Shown piece after piece: positions 10,807 through 24,830 of a stretch of 64,000 nt of DNA. Every line of letters starts with the position of its first letter. Within the stretch, counting starts at the first letter, position 1. The notes beneath the pieces were generated by a model that was not told the origin of the DNA, made no database searches, and saw nothing but the letters and a program-made list of their open reading frames with translations. The translations under genes and the position numbers were made by a program. Source of the stretch: Amoebophrya sp. A120. Lineage: Eukaryota; Protista; Dinoflagellata. Location of the stretch: assembly GCA_905178155.1 (NCBI GenBank), contig CAJINV010000010.1:1881182-1945181 (forward strand), given 5' to 3'.

Positions 10807-13800
10807 TTAGGGCTCTTCGACCTCCCCCCAGTTCTCGCGATTGAGCTTCTTCAGAAACTTATCCTCAAAAAAGACGTCCCCACCCCAGAGCTGTCATGCT
10901 AATCTGCATGCTTAGAATGTTTCGCATGCGGAGCCCCATGAGAAGCGTTTTCTCGTCGTGTTTTGGAATTTGTGATGCTCGAAAAAGCACCACGCGCTGG
11001 ATCTCTGATGCTGATGAGCTAGCAGCTAAACAGGAATACACTAGGAAGGAGGCCAAACTTTGCATTCGCAACAACCAAAGCTGCTGGTTGATTTGTCTAA
11101 CAGATTTCCCAACTTGACTATGTTGGGGTGGGAACGTTTTTCCTCAGGATAAAAGTACTGGTACGTGCCCTCGTGGTCCCAATTATCATTCTGTTATGCA
11201 ATACAAATTTCCTGTACAATGTACGGGACTCGACATCTATATAGAAAATGCATGACAAATTTCGATATCTTGGAGTGTCCGACTTGTCATGCTGACTAAG
11301 ATTGAAGGCAAGTTTTGTCATACAGAAACAGCATCGGTAGCGGTACGTGTACGGGAAATTATTTCCTGTGGATATCAGTTCCAACATGTATCAACTGCAA
11401 ATGATGTGTCTGGGTCGAAAAGTATAAATTTTTATGCAGGGCTTTTCATTCTGTTGCTCTTCTTGCGCGCTCCAAAACGATTACCCCGCATGCCCTAGCA
11501 ACATCTTCACAGGTTTTGAGAAGGTTTCGCGATGGCGAACGCGCATGACAACTCTCTCTTTCAGTGACAAGAAATCAATGCGGGCAACTTTTGCGCCGCG
11601 TCAATGCATACGATTTTTGATGTGTAGTGACTCCTGTTCTGGAAGAGGAAGTGGAACACGCATGACAACAATTTTCTTAGTATTCCTCCCGACCCAGATC
11701 TTCGACATTTGCAATGCATAAAATGCGGGCAATGGTGATTTCAAAATCTCTGAAATTCTTTCCCGAAATTCCTTTTCCCTCCCGAGCCTTCCACTTCTCG
11801 TCTCTCAATCCTGAGTAAAAACGTCCCTGCCCCAGACTTGTCATGCAAATTTGCATGCTCGCGACGTGTTCTTATGCGGCCTTCCGTGAAAGCGGGAGGC
11901 ATTTTCCAGCAGTGTTCGGGAGGGTCAAGAATCTGCCATGCGCTAATCAGGATCACTCAGCGGATTTGTGACGCGTCTGGAGTACTTCGCTTCTAGAAGG
12001 CACGACTACACTGCATACTAATACCCAAAGAACTTGTCATGCGTGAGTCCCAAATAAAGCCCTGGATTTCTTGTCTTCCAAAATTGTGCTCGTCTTGACT
12101 AAGCCCGTTTTTACCGAGGATACTCGCAGCCGGTGCATCAGGAGCGCCCGTATGCATTGCAAAAGTATCGCACTCGTATAAATGCATAAAATGCATTACA
12201 AATTTTTTTTTTTTTTGCAAAATGCATTACAAATTTCCCCAGCATGAAAAATAAGATTTGTGATGCTGATTTGCTTTGACAAGATGATTTGTAATGCATG
12301 ATTGCAATACGAGTACGATACTTTTGCACAGGATAGCCCGGTTCCAGAGGCGATCTGCCGCGCCCAGCTCCGTCGCCTCCCCGGTATGAATGCGTTTTAG
12401 CTCCGACAGGACCTATCAAATGCAAATATCCCTGGATGCCTGGAAGAGTCGGGTTTTGTCATGCACATTTTGCATGACCCGTGAGGTCTGTGGTGCAGGT
12501 CCTAGCATAACAGATTTTTTGAGGGCCTGCTCTTGATGCTTATCACGCATGAGAAATGTTGCCCTCTCCGCGTGCAAAGAACTGGACTCCTCTTGCTGCT
12601 CATGCAAGAACACAGATATTTTTAGATTCCGCAGATAGCATTACAAGTTCCAACATCCTTCCAGACCTGGTAGACATATTTACACTTCTGCATAGGACCG
12701 CGGCAGTGCTGATTTCAAGCGGACGCTTCGGTCCGAAAACAAGGTGTCCCGGGAGCATCTGATCGACGATCGGCTCTCGCTGTCTACTGAAGTATCCCGC
12801 CACTGCTAGTTGCATTTGATAGTACTTCTCCGGCAGCTGCTATCCAAGAAAAAAACTGTGTTAGTGTAACTTTCTTTGGCTGACAGCATCACAAATTTGC
12901 TCTACATAACAGAGAAAACCTGTCATGCGTGCCTTATAAGGGAAAACACACATGAAAAGAGGACTTCATGGCTGTGTGGCATGACAGGTGTAACTCTGTT
13001 GCATGTTCTGCATTACAGAGTTACACTTACACAGTTTTTTTCTTGCATAGCTGCCCTATCTCATCTTCTTGATACGGTCCCGCCAGGCACGACCGATGGG
13101 ACTGCGGCTGCGGCATCTTGTTCATCTGTATGGAACTGTCAGGATTGAAATTAACAAAGTTGAAATAATTTGTGATGCATAAAATCTATATCAGTTGGAC
13201 CCACAGTTTCCAATCGACGCATGACAAATTTTTCTGGTCTCTGAAGCAAGTCTGTCGTGCTGTTTAGGGCAAGATGGCTGCTCCCTGTCATGCTAGTCAG
13301 CAGCCCAATTCTTGACCCTTGCCAGCACTAGAATCTGCCTCCCTTGCGCCTTCTGCAATAGAGTCAGTCTTTGTGTCGCATTTTATGCATGACAAATTAT
13401 TTCAACTTTGTCGATTTCAAGCCTGACGCTTCCATAATCTGCACGTCGGAGGTATCTGTTTTCGATCCCAACTCAAGCAGCTCCTCCTCGTCCTATCAAA
13501 TGCAAAAATGTCTGGGTCTGGAACATTCTGAACTTGTAATGCTGTCTCTGGATTCTGAAAAAAATTGTATTGCATGACCAGCAAGAGGACTCCAGTTTGT
13601 GCTACGCGGACGAGAGGGCATTTCTCATGCTGTACCGGTATCACAAAGCGCTCTAAAAATCTGTGATGCTACGGCCTGCATCACAGATATCATGGGTCAT
13701 GGAAAATATGCATGACTAATCTAGAAATCTTCCAGACCCAGACATTTTTGCAATCCATACGTCGGAGGTATCTGTTTTCGATCCCAACTCCAGCAGCTCC

Positions 13801-16023
13801 AACTCGTCCCAGTCGATGGCAAAGTTTCGCTTCATCAAGAACGCCAGCCGACTCACTTTTTTCACCAGTACTTCTGGCGAGAAATGTGTTGGCGCATCGG
13901 TCTCGTCCTCCCGCAGGGCGCGAGCCCAAAGCTGCAGAAATTCGAGGTGTTCTTTGTCCTGCACCACTTGTCGTTCCACAGAAGTTGTAGAAGTTGCCGG
14001 GCAAAAAGAAGAGGAAGAAGAAAAAGATGAGGAACTGCTCGTCACCACTGAAAAAAACACTTGGAGTTCCAAAGGTAACGCCACTTCTCCTGGGAGGGAT
14101 CTTTGCATCAGCTTGAAGAGCTTGCCAAGATGCAGATACGCAACCGCTGCCTCCTCGTCGTCCTCGTTCTTGGTTTTGTGCAATGCGCGTGCACACAGGT
14201 TCTCAACGAAGCGAAGAAGTTTCTCCTTGCCTTCTTCTGTCACAGGATAGACCAAAACACGTCTGCCACAGGATAGGACTCTCGGTCGCATAAGACGAGG
14301 AACAACTCGGTTCAGCATTCGAGCCAGCCTCTGGTGAAACCACTCCGCTTCCGCGAGTGGTGCGAAGGGGAAGCGCTTCCAACGTGGAAGGTCCTCCGCG
14401 GCCGCGCCGTTTGGCCGCTCTGGTTCATGATCCTCATCAAATTCTAGGGAGGACGCAGCTTCCAACGTCCGCTCCGTCCACGTCCGCTCCTGCCACTCCC
14501 CGTACGATTCTTGCAGATCGTCTTTTCGCTGCAGAGCCTTGGCAGCGAGAAGTGCGTCCCGAAGTGCGTCGTCGGTAGGCGAAATGGGTGGAGTCACCCA
14601 CTTGTTCAATTGGTCGGGCTCCATGATCTCCACATCTTCTACTTCGGCCACGGAAGTAGCAATCGGAATCCTGGTTTTTGACGTTCTTGATCGAGCAGCA
14701 TGCTCCTGCACGATGAATGTGTCCACTCTCTCTCGCAGCTCCCGCAACTCGGCCAAGATACGCGCGCTTTCTTGAGGAAACTTGCGGCGCAGATGTAGGA
14801 GCCGTTCATCGTTCGGAAATTTACACACCAGCTGCAGCAGCTCTAGTTCCTCCAGAAACGACATGAACTTCCCTCGACGGAAATAAGGATCGCTTTCCGT
14901 CTCGGCTTTCAAAGCCACGAAATCTAGCAGAACGGCTTTCGCCGCTTCTAAATTTTTGCACAACTCATTCTGCTCCGTTGTTTCTAGTACGTGACGGATG
15001 AGGGCCCGACTGGGCTGGTTCGCTTGTGAGGGGATCTCCTCGCGTTGCAGAAGTGCAGCGCGAACAAAGTCCAGCAGTTTATCCTCGGCAGTTCTGGCTC
15101 GAGCGGCCGTTTGTTGTTGCCCCCAATTAAGATTAACGGCCGGGAAGGGCGATGCGTGCAAAAGTGAGGTCCTCGTGGACCGGAGTGGTTGCTGAACTTG
15201 CTCTTCTTCTTGGGTAGAACTGCAGCCGAGCGTCCTCGAAGGCCCCCAGCGGAAGGAGGCCACTTCTTGGCCCTCCGGTGGTCCGCGGGGGAGTAGATCA
15301 TGAAAGTGGTCTGTTCTTTCGAATGGTAAAGAACCCAAGACGAGGTGGGAAGATGCCTCCGGAAACACACCACTCAGACGACGTTCTTGAGATGAAAACA
15401 CTTGTTGTGAAGACGACGATATCCTGTGCAAAAGTATCGCACTCGTATTGCTGCAGTCATGCATTAAAAATCCTTTTTTTAAGGTAAATCCGCATTTACA
15501 AATTTTATTTCTCATGCTGAAGAAGTTTGCAATGCATTTATACGACGAGTACGATACTTTTGCAATGCATAGACGAGGGCGTAGCGGAACCAGCAGCTCC
15601 TTCGGCGCCCCCCTCCCCTGGAACTGGACGGGGAAGTAGAAATGACTGCGAAGATGACGAGTAAGTTGAGCCGGAAGTAGCAGCTCTAGTACTACTAGAA
15701 GCTGTCGCAGGATCTGAACCTGTGCCGAGCTCATCCGCTTGTTCCGTCGATGGAGTTCTCTGGCGCCACCAGCCTCCCCGTTTTCTTCCAGAAGGTCCGA
15801 GCCACGTCGCTGCGGAAACTGCTAGCATAGTTGTACTGTGACGAGCAGCGGTGGTAGTACCGTCTTGTCGGGGGAAGAAAATTGTACTAGCAGTATGATC
15901 CAACGACCCGGTTTGATGTTCAAGGAACAAGCAGCCGACCGCGATCGCCGCGATAGACCGCAGCTTCCGCAGGGCACGGGTCGTGGAGCAACCGGGTGAG
16001 GACAGCATTTTCCGTGATATCAT
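10807..16023 (-). CDS. Hypothetical protein, about 10 introner introns; R/S-rich N-terminus
   Basis: Long ORFs 15538-16023 and 13716-15734 are bridged by element 15420-15571. Short exons lie between elements down to ...NRENWGEVEEP*. No family recognised. Confidence 0.55.
12151..12335. mobile_element. Introner family B
   Basis: TIR TAT....TGCAAAAGTATCG.ACTCGTA; TSD GCCCG. Confidence 0.9.
12414..12694. mobile_element. Introner family A (diverged)
   Basis: TAT...ATA ends; TSD GGACC. Confidence 0.82.
12841..13049. mobile_element. Introner family H (second copy, opposite orientation, 21712-21936)
   Basis: TIR TAT.CAAGAAAAAAACTGTGT.AGTGTAACT; TSD GCTGC. Confidence 0.9.
13129..13436. mobile_element. 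Introner family C
   Basis: TSD ATCTG. Confidence 0.88.
13494..13759. mobile_element. Introner family A
   Basis: Flanks CGTCC/CGTCG. Confidence 0.85.
15420..15571. mobile_element. Introner family B
   Basis: TSD GACGA. Confidence 0.9.
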
Positions 16024-17856
16024 GTTTATTTTGGTCGACGTCCCAAAAGTAAGTAAGTAGCCGACTCAGGCGGGTCCGATTTCGTGTGAAGAAAAGCTTT
16101 GATGAAATTTTAATTTATCTTTCTGTAGTTGATGTACTTGCTTTTCTGGTGTTCTTTCAAAAATGTACGTGGGGAGTTCGACGTTCACGGGGCATTAGGA
16201 AAAATCGCATCAAGAAGGTAGTCAAAATAAGTACTTCTCAGCGATTTTTTTCTATCTCTTTACAATCGAATTTTACACGAGCACGTAGGCAAAACGCATC
16301 TATCAACGCTAGTGGGAAGCGAGTGAGAGTGATGTTGTACCTAGTAGTTCAATTAGAGTATTGTACAGAACGCGCACCAATCCACGCTGTATTTTCAGTA
16401 ATATAAATTTTTATCATATTTATCGTACCACAGGTAGCCGACGAAGTAAGGGCTCCTTGTGTTGAATGAAAAGCTGTGAATCTATACGACGACCTTTCTG
16501 TAGTTGATGTTATCTTTATTGCCTGTTCTTTCAAATAAAATTTACGTGGGGGGGTTCCCAGAGTGTGAAAAAACGTAAGATAATCTAATACTTCTCAGCG
16601 GGGTTCTTGTTGTACTTGTATCGAATATATTTAATTACTTTACACAAACAATCTATCTTTACAGTGTTGTACTAGTTTCTTCGAACTAAAAGAAGCGGTT
16701 CATCGAAAGTTACATAAAGAATTTTCAGGGCTGCGCGGCCTACGGTTTTGTCCGTTGGACTGCGATGAATCTGGTGGGCACATTATATATTATACAGGGT
16801 TGCAAAAATAAGAATGGAAATACTACATCTCTTCTGATCGTATCTGGATCTGGATCATGTTGATCTTCTGTGTTGTAGCACCGTTCTTGCACTCGTCGTG
16901 GTGCGTTGCTGTACACACCAGAGCAAGTGCAAGATGACCAAAATCGAAGATCCCTTTTGTTCTTACACAGCTGGCATAAAAGAGGATTCGACGACGATGC
17001 GAGGTGGTTTTATCTGCTCGGTACAGGAGGCGACGACATGAAGATCTTGCAGTAAAGCAGGTCTATATTAGTCATCAACCGAATACAACTACGACAACGT
17101 CGAAGCACTATCTATGGCTGTTTCCTCGTCAAGAAAGTTTTAGATCGTTTTCCACAAAACTGCTCCCAAAAACTACTTACACGAACCTCCGAGCCAAGTC
17201 GACTAGAAGGACGACAGAGCGTTATCGCAACGCCGTGCGATGCGGAACTGGAACAGCGAACCAGCGTATAAGACAAAAGAAAAAGTTTACCACCAAACAT
17301 AGTGTCGGGGAAGGTTTGTCATCTTCTTGGTCAACACGCCTTGATGAATCATCATGACGTAGTAAGTACATTTTCAACTTCTCGCGCTATCAACAGAAAA
17401 AACAGCGAAGCTTCTGCAGCAAAGAACCAATATTAAATGCATATATTCTTGTCGCTAGGTGTGTTCGGTGCAGCTACCACCTCCAGTTCTTTTTACCCTG
17501 AAAGTAGCTGGGGGGGGGTCTGTGGTCTCATCGCATCAATATTTACAGTTACTAAAACGGAAGTACATGAAGCTCTATGCATTCGCTTTCGCTAGTACTC
17601 CACAGGCACAGCTTATTTGCGTTCTTCGTAGTTGAAAAAAACTTGAGCTTGAGCTCAGATGGAAGTAGATTCATTCCTGCTATTAAAACACGAAGATCTT
17701 CTTCTCAACCCGCACTACTATCTTTATCGCAATATTAGCACCAGCCTGGAACTACTTACAAACCTCCCATGAGCGTCGCCCACAACTACTTCGCGCCCTC
17801 GAATAAATCCGTTCACCACACGTCGCAATAAACATCATCTGCATCTCCCCTAAAAA

Positions 17857-20800
17857 CTAGAACTTCCTGCAGAGCAAGCTCGCGCCGACGAGACAGTGAT
17901 CACTTGGCTCTGCTTCGTTCGGCTGCACGCGATATCAAAGGCAAATGTGTCTCGGTCTGGAAGATTGCAAGGTTTGTCATGCACATTTTGCATGACCCAT
18001 GATCGGTCTGTGATGTATGCCCCAGCATCACAATTTTTTTGCGGACATCTTGATGCCTGTCCCGCATGAGAAATGCCCGCTCCGCGGAGCAAAAACTGGA
18101 CGCCTTTTGCTGCTCATGCAATACAGATTTTTTTAGATTCCAAAAATAGCATCACAAGTTGCATTCTTCCAGACATCCAGGGATTTTTGCAATCCATACG
18201 CCGTGTTGGAGCGCGGTGTCTTCGTCGAGTAGGTCCACGACGGACTCGACCTCCCAGTGGTTCTTCGTATGGATGTGTCAGAGTTGAAATCGACAAAGTT
18301 GAACAAATAATTTGTCATGCATGATAAAATGCATGACCTGAGGTCCGTGTGTTGCAGAGCAGGCCAGTGAGGCCGATTGTAAGCCTGTTTCAGGTTACAG
18401 CTCGAGCTGCTAAAGTAGCATGAGAAAATCGCTCTCCTTTGCCTAAACAGCATGACAAACTGGATTTAGGGACCACCGAAATTTGTCATGCGCCACTTGG
18501 TAACTGGGTTCCAACTGGCATCCATTTTATGCATGACAAATTATTTCGACTGTGTCGATTTCAACTCTGACACATCCATACTTCGAGACAAAGACGTAGT
18601 CGAGAGTTTCCATGAAGTATGCATTGCAAAAGTATCGCACTACGACTACCTAGTATAAATCGCATGACAAAAAATTCGGTTAGCATGACAGATGGAATTT
18701 GCAATGCTGTTTTAGCTTCCGAGGGGAATTCGTCATGCAAATCTGCAATAAGAAGTACGAATGCGTCGATACTTTTGCGATTCATATGAAGTCATGCTCC
18801 TCCAACTCCGATCTGCGCGACGCGTAGTTTGTGAACCGGGGTTCCTTTTTCTGCTTCAGCGCGTAACAGGAGTCCAAGGGGTGGATATGACAGTGCACAA
18901 CTTCCCCCCCCTCATTTGTATAGCATGAACGGCAATACAAGCGCTAGCGAGAATGCAGATTTTGCATGACAAATTTTCACAGGATTGTAGTGCTATTTGG
19001 GCTGCCCCTGCCAAAACTTGTCATGCAAACAGTGCTAACAGGCACAGTCTGGATTGAGCATCTTGCATGACAAATGAGGAATAGGGGGAGCTGTGCACTC
19101 TCATAGTGGAACTCGGAGTTCCACAAGTGGTACTTGTGTGGCCGGTCGCGGAGCAACTCGAGTTGGTTGAAGGACTCGTCAGAAGCGGTTGTGATGTAGT
19201 CGTAAATGGGACCTGATAATGATAAAATGCGTGGATTTTTCGAAATGTCCTGTTCCTGTACAGCTGCGCATGTAGATGCACGGGCACGGGGCGACGTGTC
19301 AGGCAACACAAAAAAAAGACCATATTCTTCTTCACATGATACTTGCATGATAGTAGTACAACAGCAATCTTATACTGTTCGTGGGCGTAAAATTGAAATC
19401 CCCGAGTAGTATCCTCGGCGTGCTTTCCCCCGCAAACTCCTGAAACGCCTGGACCAGCATGGCTGTGTGTATCCCCAGCGCCCGCTATCATATGTAAAAA
19501 CGTTCCCGCCGCCGCCCAGTAGTCAAGTTCGGAACTTAGCAACACAAACCCAGAAGTTTTGAGAGCCACGCATGACAAGTTTCAGTCCGTAGCGAAGTGC
19601 ATGTTAGCAAGGCCAACCGCACCACAAATCCATCTGCTTATTCTATTTGCAGCATTACAAATGCCAAAACACGACAGGATATGCCTCCCTTGGGGATGCG
19701 CATTACAAATGTTCCTGTAATCGCAAATCTCCATGACAGCTCTCGGGTGGGGACGTTTTTACACAGGATATCCGCACCTTTTCCGAAGCTCCAAACAGGC
19801 ACGGGTTGTGGTACGTGGCCACGTATGCATTGCAAATATGTCTGAGTCTGGAAGACAGTAACTTGTGATGCTAAATCTGAATCATGCTAGAATCTGTGTT
19901 GCATGAGTGCCAAAATTAGCTGTCCACTTTCGACCAAGTTGGGAGGGGATTTCTCATGCAGGATAGACATGACAGAGACCTGGAAGAGTTTGTCATGCTA
20001 GGTCCCGCATTCCAGACCTCATGGGTCATGGAAAATCTGCATGACAAGTTGCATTCTTCCAGACCCAGACCTACTTGCATTTGATATCACGGCAAACTCG
20101 TTTGCGGTGGGTACCAGTGGCGCATTTTTTCCGTCGGATTCTTTTTCAAGCGTGGAGAATCTCACCATGATCACCCGATTCATGTATGAACTGCAAAAGA
20201 AGTATCGCACAACTAGTAGAAATCGCATCACAAATTTGGTCAGCATGACAAATGGGACTTCTAATGCGGATTTACCTTAAGAGAGAGATTTGCAATGCAT
20301 GGCTGCAAGAATTACTACGCCTACGATACAACTTTTGCAGTTCATATCATGCGCTTCTCCACGATGTCCCAGGCGCTTTCCTCCTTTTTGTCGAGGGAAG
20401 CGGACTATCAAATGCAAATATGTAGTCTGGGTCTGGAAGGATGCAAGGTTTGTCATTGTCTTTGTCATGCAGGGCGAGCATGACTCCCAAGTCTGTCATG
20501 CACATTACCCAAAAAACACGTCTCTCTGTCATGCACAAACGCAGTCTGTCATGCAAGACAGACAACACTGAGTAGCTCAAAAATTTGTCATGCTTGGCTG
20601 TCAATGGAGGCGTCGCGTGATTCGCCACATAGCATCACAAGTTGTTTCCAGAGCCAGACATAATTGCACCCGATACGGAGTTGGTGCCGCCGTCGCCCGA
20701 ACTACCTGCCGGAGGCCACCAGCCTATCCTGTGCATCACCGACTTCGCCAGCTGGACGGCGCTGTCCTGTGGGAGCAGGTTTTTGTTGATGCCGAAATTC

Positions 20801-23380
20801 AGAAACAATTCGTGCAACCAGAGCCAAAAGCTGTCAGTCTACTCTTCATAGGGCAGGCTTAAAAGAAAAAGTCACGAACCGCCAATGGCATGACAAAAAC
20901 CAAGATCTTTAGCATCTGTATCTACAAAGAAAATGTATCTATACTTTTATCCCCGGAGGCAGCGCTTTCTTCTCCGCTTTTTCCTTCTCTAGCCGTAACC
21001 GCTCCGCAAAGCTCGGCTGTTCGGGGAGGAGCGAAAAATCCACATACGCGTCCGACATGCGGCCGCAGTGTATGCTTGTCGATTTGTATCGTGAGGAAAA
21101 ACTGTTTCACTGTGATGATTTTGCAAAATCTGCATCACAAGTTTGCTACACACGACACGAAAAATTTGCCATGCGCAGTTCCCAAGGGAAAACACGCCTA
21201 AAAATCCAATGTCTTGCAGGTGTAGCAAGACAAGTCATTCTGTGCTCCGTTCTATGCATCACAAGTTCACAGTGAAACAGTTTTTTCTTCGCATAATTTG
21301 TAGAGTTTCGCGGGGTAGGCGACCATGATGCCCATGAAATCATTGATATGGGGGTGTCAAGATCGAAATCGTCAAAGTTGACATAATTTGTGATGCATAA
21401 AACGGATGCCAGTTGGTGCCTAGTTTTCAAGTGGCGCATGACAAATTTGGGTAGAGCCGAAATCCAGTCTGTAATGCGGTTTGGGTAAGAGAGGCGCCTT
21501 TTGTCATGCTACTTTGGCAGCTCAATTTCTACCGCCCCTAAAAAGGCTTACAATCTGCATCCCTTTCGCCCTGTGCAATAGAGGCAATTTCGGCGCTGCA
21601 TTGTATGCATCACAAACTATTTCAACTTTGACGATTCCGATCCTGACACTCCCATAATTGAAAGCGGTGCCGTAGTGCGTGTCGATGACTTTGTAGTCAA
21701 AGTCCTCGCAATATGCAAGAAAAAAACCTGTGTAAGTGTTGTAGCTCTGTAATGCAGAACATGCAACAGAGTTACGCCTGTCATGCCACACAGCCACGAA
21801 GTCCTCTTTTCGTGGTGTGTGTTTTCCCTTACAAGGCACCACGCATGACAGGTTTTCTCTGTCAACATGTAGAGCAAATTTGTGATGCTGTCAGCCAAAG
21901 AAAGTTACACTAACACAGATTTTTTCATCTTGGATACGCAGAGTTGCTGCAGCTCGCCCTTCCAGGAGAGACCCACTTCTTGGAGGCAGCAGATAACATT
22001 GTTGGGAAATACCTGAAGACGTTTTTTTAGCTGCGAAAGTACCACGACAATCTATCAAGCTTTATACACTGCAACTTCCTGGAAAAGTTCAAGTTGTATT
22101 GATGCCTGATTATAATGACGAAATAATTATTATATTTCTCTCAAGTACCTCTTCCATTTCATGCAATCACTCCAAGTACTTCATTCAATCACTTCAAGTA
22201 CCTCTTCCACCAACTTTCTCTTTATTTTCCGTAGTCGGCTGGGCGGGTGCAGGTGCTGCGGCAGTGCTCTGATGTGTGAACTTTGAGAAGACAACGCGGG
22301 ACACAGCACGTTGTAGGTTGCCACGCGAATTCGCTTGCTGTTATGTTGCCTCGTAGAGGAGGAGGCTGCTGCGGAATTGCCCGTTATCATTTTCGAAGTA
22401 GATGAAGGTCCTTGTCGTTCTTTCTTGGAGGTTAGCGCGATGGCTTTCTGGTCGTTATTATCTGGTGCGTCGTCGTCGAGCCGTGAAGCGCCGCTGAAGT
22501 TAGTTGTACTTGGGGCACCAGCTGCTTTCCAGCTTGTGGGCTTGGTACTGGTGGTCGTTCCGCTGGCAGAGGCACCAACCTCGTCCCTGTCTGCAGGTGG
22601 CAACGCACCAGTTTTCCAAGAAGTGGTCCTCGACTTGTTGATGACACGAGGTTCTTTCGTCTTGTTCCTCCCTTGTTGCCGACGTACTTCAGCGATAATA
22701 GATCGGGTCTCTTCCTGCTGTTCGAAAATTTGCAGCTCGTGGTGCGGCAGGTCGAACAGGGTTGCAATGCTGTGCTTGTAGTACCCTGGTCGTGCAACTA
22801 TGGTGGTTTCTTTCAGAGACTGCGAAGATGGTTCTTCTCCATCATCAATCGCGCCTCTCGAATCCGGAAAATTCTGGGCAGTTGTGAAGTTCTCTTGATC
22901 TAAATCTTCCTGCGCATCCAATTGCGCTCCTCGTTGCTGCTCTGTAGTACTGCTGCTGTCCTCTCGGGAGCGGAAGAAAAATGTGCGCCGGTGTTCTTTC
23001 AAAGCGACAAATTTAATCTGTTGATGCCCGGCTGGTCGCGGAAAATAATCCTGATTTTTGTCGAAAGTAGCCTTGCTCGTCGTCCAGCAGCTAGAAGACT
23101 TTGGAGCTTGTTTCTCGTCCCCTGGTACCAGCGCCGAAGGAAAATGATGAAGATGACGACCTACGTAGCTGCGTTGAAAAAGTAGTAGTGACCTCTGCCG
23201 TTCTTCTTGCGCTGCAGCTCTAGAAATAATTGACTGCTTCTGCTGTTGTAAAAGACCCACCGCTGGCCTCGTCGATGTTCTGGAGAAAGACGATGCGGGC
23301 GCTCTTCTTCTCGATGATGATGATGCAAAAAAACACAATTGGTTCTTCACTTTAGTCCCTTTAGTCGGAAGCTGAAACAT
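17857..23380 (-). CDS. CCR4/nocturnin/PDE12/Angel-like EEP-family phosphohydrolase, possibly mitochondrion-targeted
   Basis: EEP motifs in order across exons: IRVATYNVL (~22310), VICCLQEV (~21980), EPRFTNY (~18830), DYVF (~18590), C-terminal QPNEAEPSDH (~17900). The N-terminus is R/S-rich and acid-poor. Confidence 0.8.
18268..18580. mobile_element. Introner family C
   Basis: TSD CTTCG. Confidence 0.9.
18618..18786. mobile_element. Introner family B
   Basis: TSD TGAAG. Confidence 0.85.
18886..19105. mobile_element. Introner family G (others 36417-36636, 47939-48158)
   Basis: TIR TATGA.AGTGCACA.CT.CCCC..CTCATTTGT; TSD GTGGA. Confidence 0.88.
21087..21295. mobile_element. Introner family M
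   Basis: TIR with AAAAACTGTTTCACTGTGA; TSD ATTTG. Confidence 0.85.
21347..21656. mobile_element. Introner family C
   Basis: TSD ATTGA. Confidence 0.88.
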
Positions 23381-24551
23381 AAACGTTAATATCACACTCT
23401 GCTGGTGGAGGCGACGAGGGTTGGGTCGAATCCTATACAGTGGTCGTTCATTGTGAACCTTCGCCGCAGCAGCAGATGGAGAAATTTTTTTCAAAAAACC
23501 GGTGCTCAAGTAGATGCGCAGATGCTTCACCTGGTCGCGCACTAGGAAGCAAAACGGGCGCCGAGAGGAAGCTGGTGCCGGAAACAGGAAGGCGTCGTGA
23601 ATTCGTATATCATTACAAGTTCTTGCGCCAACGCTAAGTACTTCATACAATTGCTTTAATTTATTTTTGGCACAATCGAAATGCGCGATAATCTTCTTCA
23701 ACTTGTACTCACAACTAATTCTTACATCAATTATCAAAACTACTATGAGGGAGACTTAATAATGTGAATATGACCTTGATGAATTACTGGTAAATGTCTT
23801 TCAAAATCTCAACAAATTCTAGACGTAAAAAACCTCGAAGAGCCACATACCGTGAAGCAGTGTAATAGATTGAGTAATTCGCAACTACAAAGATCCGATG
23901 TAGATATCGTCAGGAACTAGTAGACATCCAAATGAAACAAGGAGGACTATGCTAGGACGCTCGTCCCTTCGCCTTCTCTGCGAAACAAAAAAGATGAAAA
24001 TGCGTTCTCGTCATGTTCTTTTCGTGTGATGCTGATGTCTACAACACAACCAAAACTATCTTGTCATTGCTTCGCTCACATGAGAAGTTGTACAAAAATG
24101 TGGTAGCGCTAGGAGCATCTTCACGAGTTATTGTAACACTTGTAGAGGCGACAAGTCTGTCGCCTCCGTGGTCCACTGACTCAACTGACGCTGCACAGTC
24201 AGCATTAGAAATTCCCGTACTTCGGATCATCAAGCGATAGTGATTGATAGTGATTTCCATCATTACTGGGTTCATTTCGTCAGACTTCAGTGGTAGTGAT
24301 TTTGTTCGTTTGCGCAAACCAAAACTTTACATGAATTCGAAGTAGTCGTGGGGTAGTACCAGCAAGCAGCTATACGGAAAGTTTCGTTGTGCATGCTAGC
24401 TTCGCGAAACAGACACGACAACAGAATAAATCTAGGATTTTCATTTTACAAACAACAGAATCAGAATTCATTTTCAAACATCAGCTCAACACGAGAATGA
24501 GAATGTAGCTCTTGACGATGAAACACTCCAGGAAGATGAAGAACGTCGGGA

Positions 24552-24806
24552 TATGAAATGTAAAAGTGTCTGGGTCTGGAAGAGTGCATGTTTGTCATGC
24601 TTGTCTGGCATGACTCTTAAATCTGTCATGCACGTTTTTACCCAAGAGCTCCATTTTTCTGTGATGCAGAAACGCAGTTTGTCATGCAGAATAGGCAACA
24701 CCTAGAAGCTCAGAAACTTGTCATGCTGAGCCAGCACTTGTGGCCTCATCATGAGACGCCCCCCAGCATCACAAGTTTCAAGACCCATACATTTTTACAT
24801 TTGATA
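24552..24806. mobile_element. Introner family A in 3' flank; empty site at 26372
   Basis: TSD CGGGA. Confidence 0.92.
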
Positions 24807-24830
24807 CGGGAGGACAACTACTCATTCTCT

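Noticed and set aside
16120-16650. Diverged direct repeat CTTTCTGTAGTTGATGT...TACGTGGGG...TACTTCTCAGCG upstream of the unknown gene
   Set aside because: It is a real but old local duplication with no evidence of function.
22140-22210. Short repeat TCAAGTACCTCTTCCA at an exon boundary of the EEP gene
   Set aside because: Looks like slippage around a probable GT donor; no further structure.
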